From an uncultured bacterium (GTDB taxonomy: Bacteria; Armatimonadota; Abditibacteriia; Abditibacteriales; Abditibacteriaceae), in assembly GCA_963843795.1 (NCBI GenBank), contig CAWJLW010000006.1, forward strand, positions 2,740,375 through 2,804,374: a stretch of DNA of 64,000 bases, in the 5' to 3' direction. Made by a program: the position numbers and the translations under genes. Under the pieces are notes generated by a model, which was not told the DNA's origin, did not search any database, and saw only the letters and a program-made list of their open reading frames with translations. This document shows positions 59,001-64,000 of the stretch, piece by piece (the stretch's first letter is position 1; each line of letters opens with the position of its first letter).

Positions 59001-60527
59001 ATGCCGCTGCTTAAAGAATTGCTCGGGTCACTGCCTAACGCGCGCATTATCGGCTCGCCCACGACCGAAGTGAGCGCGCTCGCCTACGATTCGCGCGAAG
59101 TTTCGATGCACACTGCATTTGTCGCCATTCGCGGTTATCAGCGCGACGGCCACGAATTTCTCGCGCAGGCCGTCGAGCGCGGCGCCAGCGTTTTAGTCGT
59201 CGAAGACGAAAGTGCGTTGCCCGAACTTCCCGCCAATATCGCTGCCGTCGTCGTCGAAGATACGCGCGTGGCCATGGCATATCTGGCTTCAGAATTTTAC
59301 GGCCATCCCTCGCGCGAACTGCTGCTCATCGGCGTCACTGGCACCAATGGCAAAACGACCGTCGCGCATCTAGTCGCGCAAATGCTGCGCGAAGCTGGTT
59401 ATCAAAGCGTTGGCATCATCGGCACACTCGGCGCGGCGACCGAGCGTTCGGTATACGATACCGGACGCACGACGCCCGAAAGTCTGGATTTGCAACGTTT
59501 GCTGGCCGATTTTCTCGATGGTGGCAGCGAAGCCGTAGTGATGGAAGTTTCCAGCCACGCCTTAGCTTTGCAACGCGTCGCGGCGTGCGCTTTTGATGCG
59601 GGCATTTTCACCAACTTAACGCAAGATCATCTCGATTTCCATCCTGACATGGAAGATTATTTTCGTTCCAAAGCGCGTCTGTTTGATGAAGTGGCGCGCT
59701 ATTCCGAACAATTCAAAAGTTTCGGTGCGGTCATCAACGTTGATGACCATTATGGCCGCCGTTTGCGCGACGAAGTGTGCGCCGATTCGCTTTACATCAC
59801 TTACGGTATCGAAACCGAAGCGCACGTTTCCGCGGAAGCGATTCATTTGCGGCCCGATGGTACGAGTTTCGTAGCGCGCGCAACAGGCACCGATATTCAT
59901 CTCGATCTCAGCCTGGCCGGACGTTTCAACGTTTATAACGCGCTCGCCGCCGTCGCTTTTGGCTTGCTGCGCGAACAAGCGCCGAGTGAAATTCAAAGCG
60001 CCCTGCAAAGCAGCAACGCGCCCGAAGGTCGGATGGAAATGATCGATAACGACCGCGAAATTTACGTCGCAGTTGATTATGCCCACACACCCGATGGTTT
60101 GAAAAACGTGATGGCAACGGTGAAGGAATTCACGCCGGGCCGCCTGATTACGGTGTTCGGCTGTGGCGGCGACCGCGATCGCACCAAGCGTCCGCAAATG
60201 GGCGCAATCGCTGCGGGTTTCGCCGATGTTTGCATCGTAACTTCCGATAATCCTCGCACCGAAGAACCGCAGCAAATTCTGGACGACATCATGGCCGGAA
60301 TGCATGGACACGGCGCACAGGTCATAGTGGAAACCGACCGTCGCAAAGCCATCGAAGCCGCAATGAACGAAGCGCGACGCGGCGATTTCGTGCTCGTAGC
60401 GGGCAAAGGGCACGAAACTTATCAGATTTTCAAAGACCGCACGGTGCATTTCGACGACCGCGAGGTCGTGCGCGAATGGTTAGAAGAACACGACGGCGAT
60501 GAAATTGAAAAAGGTGGCCGCGCGTGA
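59001..60527 (+). CDS. murE: UDP-MurNAc-tripeptide (meso-DAP) ligase
   Basis: GVTGTNGKTT, EVSSH, DHLDFH, DYAHTPD, DNPR (DAP specificity) and AGKGHE motifs. Confidence 0.97.
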   Translation: MPLLKELLGSLPNARIIGSPTTEVSALAYDSREVSMHTAFVAIRGYQRDGHEFLAQAVERGASVLVVEDESALPELPANIAAVVVEDTRVAMAYLASEFYGHPSRELLLIGVTGTNGKTTVAHLVAQMLREAGYQSVGIIGTLGAATERSVYDTGRTTPESLDLQRLLADFLDGGSEAVVMEVSSHALALQRVAACAFDAGIFTNLTQDHLDFHPDMEDYFRSKARLFDEVARYSEQFKSFGAVINVDDHYGRRLRDEVCADSLYITYGIETEAHVSAEAIHLRPDGTSFVARATGTDIHLDLSLAGRFNVYNALAAVAFGLLREQAPSEIQSALQSSNAPEGRMEMIDNDREIYVAVDYAHTPDGLKNVMATVKEFTPGRLITVFGCGGDRDRTKRPQMGAIAAGFADVCIVTSDNPRTEEPQQILDDIMAGMHGHGAQVIVETDRRKAIEAAMNEARRGDFVLVAGKGHETYQIFKDRTVHFDDREVVREWLEEHDGDEIEKGGRA

Positions 60528-61960
60528 GCAGTTCGACTTCGTTGCCTCCGCGCAATGGTGCCACGTTTACACTTGAAGAAATCGTGCTCGCCACCAGGGG
60601 CACGCTACGTAATGCGCCTCAGGCCGCTGCAAGTACTTGCAGCGTAGTTACCGACACGCGATTGCTGAAAAATGCTGATAAAAAAGCGTCTGCAAGTACT
60701 TGCGGGGCGCTTTTCGTGGCGTTGCGGGGCGAAAATTTCGACGGCCATCGGTTTCTCGACCAAGCGTTCGACGATGGCGCAACTGCGGCTTTAGTGCACA
60801 GTGCAACCGCTAATCAACAACCGCAAATCGAAGTCGAAAACACCCAAAATGCCTTGGGCGATTTGGCGAAATTCCATCGCAAGCGCTTTGACATTCCGCT
60901 TATTGGCGTCACCGGTTCGTATGGAAAAACCACAACGCGCGCTTTTATTGCGACAGCTCTCGCAGCCAAATTTGCGAATCGCGTGCTGGCGACCCAAGGC
61001 AACTACAACAACGAAATCGGTGTGCCGTTAACGGTTTTGGCGCTGGATAAAGAACAGCACCACATCGCAGTTTTGGAATTGGCGATGCGCGGACTGGGCC
61101 AGATCGATTACTTGGCCAACATCGCGCAGCCGACGATTGGCGTCATCACCAATGTTGGCCCGCAACACATCGAACTATTGGGTTCTTTGGAAAATATCGC
61201 GCGCGCCAAAGCCGAACTTCTGGCGCATTTGCCCGCAAGTGGCAGCGCGATTTTGCCCTTTGATGACCAGTTTTTCGATTTTCTGAAAAACGCCGCACCG
61301 TGTAAAATTTTGAGTTTCGGCACATCCGAAAACGCCGATTTTCGCGTGAGTGATTTTGAATCACTTGAAAATGGCGCGCGCTGCGTTTTGTCTTACAACA
61401 ACACAAATTACGAATTAACTTTGCCGCTGCCCGGAATGCACAATGCGATTAACGCGGCGTGCGCGATTGCCGTCGCAAGTACTTGTGGGGTCGCAATTGA
61501 AGCCGCGATTGAAGCATTGGCGAACGTGGAAGTGCCGGGCGCGCGCATGCGTGTGTTCAAAAACGAAGCGCGCGACATCACGATTATTGACGATTGTTAC
61601 AACGCCGGACCGGATTCGATGCGCGCCGCGCTGCAAGTACTTGCGGGCTTCCCGGGCGATCATCGACGCGTGGCGATTTTGGGCGCGATGAAGGAATTGG
61701 GCGCTTGGAGCGAAAACGAACATCGCAAATTGGGCGCAGCAGTGAGAAAAAGCGGCACGCAAGTACTTGTCGGCGTGGGCGAAGAAACGAAATCGATGCT
61801 GGAAAGCGCGCATGATTTAGAAACCTATGCTTGCGACGATGCGCGTGAAGCGGCGCAATTGGTCGCAAGTTTGGTGCGCGCGGGCGATGTCATTTTGGTT
61901 AAGGGCAGTCGCAGCATCGGATTGGAAAAGGTGGTGACGACGCTTGAACACGGCGAATAA
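60524..61960 (+). CDS. murF: UDP-MurNAc-pentapeptide synthase
   Basis: LRGENFDGH, GVTGSYGKTTT, NNEIGVP, DDCYNA.P.SM and VKGSR motifs. Confidence 0.96.
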   Translation: MSSSTSLPPRNGATFTLEEIVLATRGTLRNAPQAAASTCSVVTDTRLLKNADKKASASTCGALFVALRGENFDGHRFLDQAFDDGATAALVHSATANQQPQIEVENTQNALGDLAKFHRKRFDIPLIGVTGSYGKTTTRAFIATALAAKFANRVLATQGNYNNEIGVPLTVLALDKEQHHIAVLELAMRGLGQIDYLANIAQPTIGVITNVGPQHIELLGSLENIARAKAELLAHLPASGSAILPFDDQFFDFLKNAAPCKILSFGTSENADFRVSDFESLENGARCVLSYNNTNYELTLPLPGMHNAINAACAIAVASTCGVAIEAAIEALANVEVPGARMRVFKNEARDITIIDDCYNAGPDSMRAALQVLAGFPGDHRRVAILGAMKELGAWSENEHRKLGAAVRKSGTQVLVGVGEETKSMLESAHDLETYACDDAREAAQLVASLVRAGDVILVKGSRSIGLEKVVTTLEHGE

Positions 61961-63101
61961 CGGCCTGACGGATTTGCTGCTTCAGCAGTGGTTTTTAGGC
62001 GGGGTCGCCTTCGCGTGCGCATTCGTCGTGATGGCGATTACGGGCCGCACACTTATCGCTTGGCTCAAAAGCCTGCCGGGCATGAAATGGTCGGCGCGTG
62101 AAGATACGCCCGACACGCATTTGCAAAAAGCGGGTACGCCTTCGATGGGCGGTCTGGGAATTATCGGCAGCGCAATCATGGGTTATCTGGCAGTTTTGCC
62201 AGTCATCATGGTTTTTCCGCAGCAGTTTTTCGCGCCTCCAAACACTGCAAATACCGGTTTGGCACAGTTCGATTGGACTCACACCATTCTCGCACTGGCG
62301 TTATTACCGCTAATGACGATAACGCACATGGTTTTGGGTTACGTCGACGATTGGAGCAAAGCGACCGGTCGCGGCGGCTTGCGCGCGCGCGCCAAATTTG
62401 CCGGACAAGTCGTGCTTTCGATGGCGTTTCTAGGCGCGGTCTACTGGCTCACGGCGCACCAAAACTTCAACGGAATTCGCTTTTTCGCTTCGGGAACCAA
62501 CGGTGATTTTTTGTTCAATCCCGCCAATCCGTTGATTTTGTTGTTCGTGGGCGCGTTTTTGTTGCTGGTTTTATTAGCGACTTGCAACGCGGTCAACATC
62601 ACCGATGGCATTGATGGCCTGGCAGCGGGTTTGGCGGCTCAGTGCGGAATCTGGCTTTACTTGGCAGGTGTCGAGAACAACAACGTGAAATTGTGGGGCG
62701 ATGTGTGGTGGATGGCTTTGGCCGGTGCATGCGCGGGCTTTTTGATTTTCAACAAATACAAAGCGCAGGTTTTCATGGGCGATACCGGCTCACTGGCCCT
62801 CGGCGCGGCGTTGGGCGGCGCGGCAGTTATGGGACGCGCAGTCTTTTTGTTGCCATTCATCGGTTTTGTTTTCTGGATCGAATTGTTCAGCGTGACGGCT
62901 CAGGTGCTTTATTTCAAATACACCAAGCGTCAAACTGGCGAAGGTCAGCGCATTTTCCGACGCGCGCCCCTGCACCATCATTTTGAACTTGGCGGCTGGA
63001 GCGAATGGCGCGTTGTACTGACGTTTTGGGCCATCAATTTCGTGACCGGCGCGGTCGGTTTGCTTTTGTGGACAATGGGAATTTTGCCACGTTTCCCGTG
63101 A
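61944..63101 (+). CDS. mraY: Phospho-MurNAc-pentapeptide transferase
   Basis: KAGTPSMGG, GYVDD, NAVNITDGIDGLA, FMGDTGS and APLHHHFE motifs. Confidence 0.97.
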   Translation: MNTANNGLTDLLLQQWFLGGVAFACAFVVMAITGRTLIAWLKSLPGMKWSAREDTPDTHLQKAGTPSMGGLGIIGSAIMGYLAVLPVIMVFPQQFFAPPNTANTGLAQFDWTHTILALALLPLMTITHMVLGYVDDWSKATGRGGLRARAKFAGQVVLSMAFLGAVYWLTAHQNFNGIRFFASGTNGDFLFNPANPLILLFVGAFLLLVLLATCNAVNITDGIDGLAAGLAAQCGIWLYLAGVENNNVKLWGDVWWMALAGACAGFLIFNKYKAQVFMGDTGSLALGAALGGAAVMGRAVFLLPFIGFVFWIELFSVTAQVLYFKYTKRQTGEGQRIFRRAPLHHHFELGGWSEWRVVLTFWAINFVTGAVGLLLWTMGILPRFP

Positions 63102-63147
63102 ATTTAAAATTTTTCCTGCAAGTACTTGCAGAGTCGAATCTAGTATT

Positions 63148-64000
63148 ATGAACGAATATACGCGCGAAAAAAAATGTGCTGTCATTGGTTTGGCGCGCGC
63201 TGGTGTGCCAACCGCGCGCTTTTTGGTCGAACGCGGCAATCGCGTGGTCGGCTACGATCACAAAACACGCGAACAATTATCGCCCGAAGCGCTTGATTTG
63301 GAAAATTTGGGCGTTAAGCTGCAACTGGGCGAACACGAATTCGCCGGCATTTTAAGCTGCCATCTTATCGTGCTTTCGCCCGGTGTGCGCATTCATCACG
63401 AACCGTTGGCGAGCGTATTAGAAAAAGCGCGTGCGCGTGGTACGGAAATTATCGGCGAAATGGAACTCGCCGCGCGACATTGTCCGGCTCCGATGATCGC
63501 TGTTACTGGCACCAAAGGCAAAAGCACAACGGTAAAGCTCATTACCGAGTTGTTACAAGCCTGCGGGCAAAGAGCTTTGCGCGCGGGCAACACCGGCACG
63601 CCACTAATCGCAGAATTGCCGCAACTTTCGCCTGAAAGTTGGGCGGTGGTCGAGGTTTCGAGCTTTCAATTTGAACGCGCGCCGACTTTCAAACCTCGCA
63701 TCGCAATTTTGCTCAATTTGCTGCCCGACCATCAGGATTATCACACTTCGCTCGAACAGTATTGGCAAACCAAACTGCGCATTTTCGCGCACCAGAAAAC
63801 TGGCGATACCACAATTTGCAATCTGGATGACGCGCAAACGTTGAGCGCTATCGAAAGCAAGACCATCGGCGGCGACGGCAAATTTCTCGGCGTTTCGGGA
63901 CGCGAACTGCCGCAATTGAATGGCGAGAAAATCGACGGCGCGGGCGTGCACAACAGCATGTTGGGCTGGATCAACGCAGGTGAATGGACGCCATTGATGG
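63148..64000 (+). CDS. murD: UDP-MurNAc-Ala:D-Glu ligase (runs off the window end)
   Basis: Translated by hand: MNEYTREKKCAVIGLARAG..., SPGV, AVTGTKGKSTT, EVSSFQ and PDHQD. Confidence 0.93.
   Translation, partial: MNEYTREKKCAVIGLARAGVPTARFLVERGNRVVGYDHKTREQLSPEALDLENLGVKLQLGEHEFAGILSCHLIVLSPGVRIHHEPLASVLEKARARGTEIIGEMELAARHCPAPMIAVTGTKGKSTTVKLITELLQACGQRALRAGNTGTPLIAELPQLSPESWAVVEVSSFQFERAPTFKPRIAILLNLLPDHQDYHTSLEQYWQTKLRIFAHQKTGDTTICNLDDAQTLSAIESKTIGGDGKFLGVSGRELPQLNGEKIDGAGVHNSMLGWINAGEWTPLM

Larger units (their letters stand above)
2337..63130. repeat. Dispersed highly iterated palindrome (T)GCAAGTACTTGC(A), about 47 exact-core copies plus variants
   Basis: Copies start near 2337, 2589, 4649, 6864, 7835, 10577, 12320, 12396, 14444, 15590, 17510, 18252, 18603, 20856, 21454, 21868, 21880, 24990, 26405, 27442, 30827, 31904, 32773, 33957, 36670, 38652, 39285, 39387, 40912, 43395, 44541, 44967, 46596, 46615, 47841, 50877, 51754, 52236, 53560, 55980, 57374, 60628, 60691, 61475, 61632, 61759 and 63117. 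Variants occur near 1499, 4688, 10417, 19641, 21411, 26851, 32137, 34200, 35877, 54772, 56008 and 58890. Confidence 0.97.

Noticed and set aside
2337..63130. Iterated palindrome as a CRISPR array
   Set aside because: Copies are dispersed at irregular kb-scale spacing and occur inside genes. There are no regular spacers and no cas genes.
2337..63130. Iterated palindrome as an ordinary transcription-factor operator
   Set aside because: It is too dense, and it occurs between convergent genes and deep within CDSs of unrelated function.

Overview
Core-chromosome window of a bacterium of roughly 55% GC (estimated by eye). It is most likely Abditibacteriota/Armatimonadota, inferred from the style of its DUF1559 prepilin-type proteins and the lpt-DUF3084-YqgF-like gene order. 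About 52 genes: TM-type tRNase Z, map, pepA, RDD plus two duplicated ABC-2-like permeases, a GGDEF protein, an lpt/glycosyltransferase cluster, ruvX-mltG, acpS, a Gld-like ABC system, a CDF transporter, JAB plus cysteine synthase, a kinase/PP2C/vWA/FHA operon, ispH, two DUF1559 genes and the start of the dcw cluster (mraZ, rsmH, ftsL-like, ftsI, murE, murF, mraY, murD). I saw no rRNA, tRNA, CRISPR array or transposase. The dominant unexplained signal is a highly iterated palindrome, (T)GCAAGTACTTGC(A). I counted about 47 exact copies of its 10-bp core CAAGTACTTG by eye (about 1 per 1.4 kb, against about 0.06 expected in total by chance). It occupies most intergenic spacers, nucleates perfect palindromes of up to 52 bp with locus-specific arms, and sits in-frame inside about 15 proteins. 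It also appears as split or duplicated forms, and as three +1 variants (AAGTTACTT), two of which coincide exactly with gene frameshifts. It may be an undescribed HIP1/DUS/REP-like system, possibly carrying a base modification.
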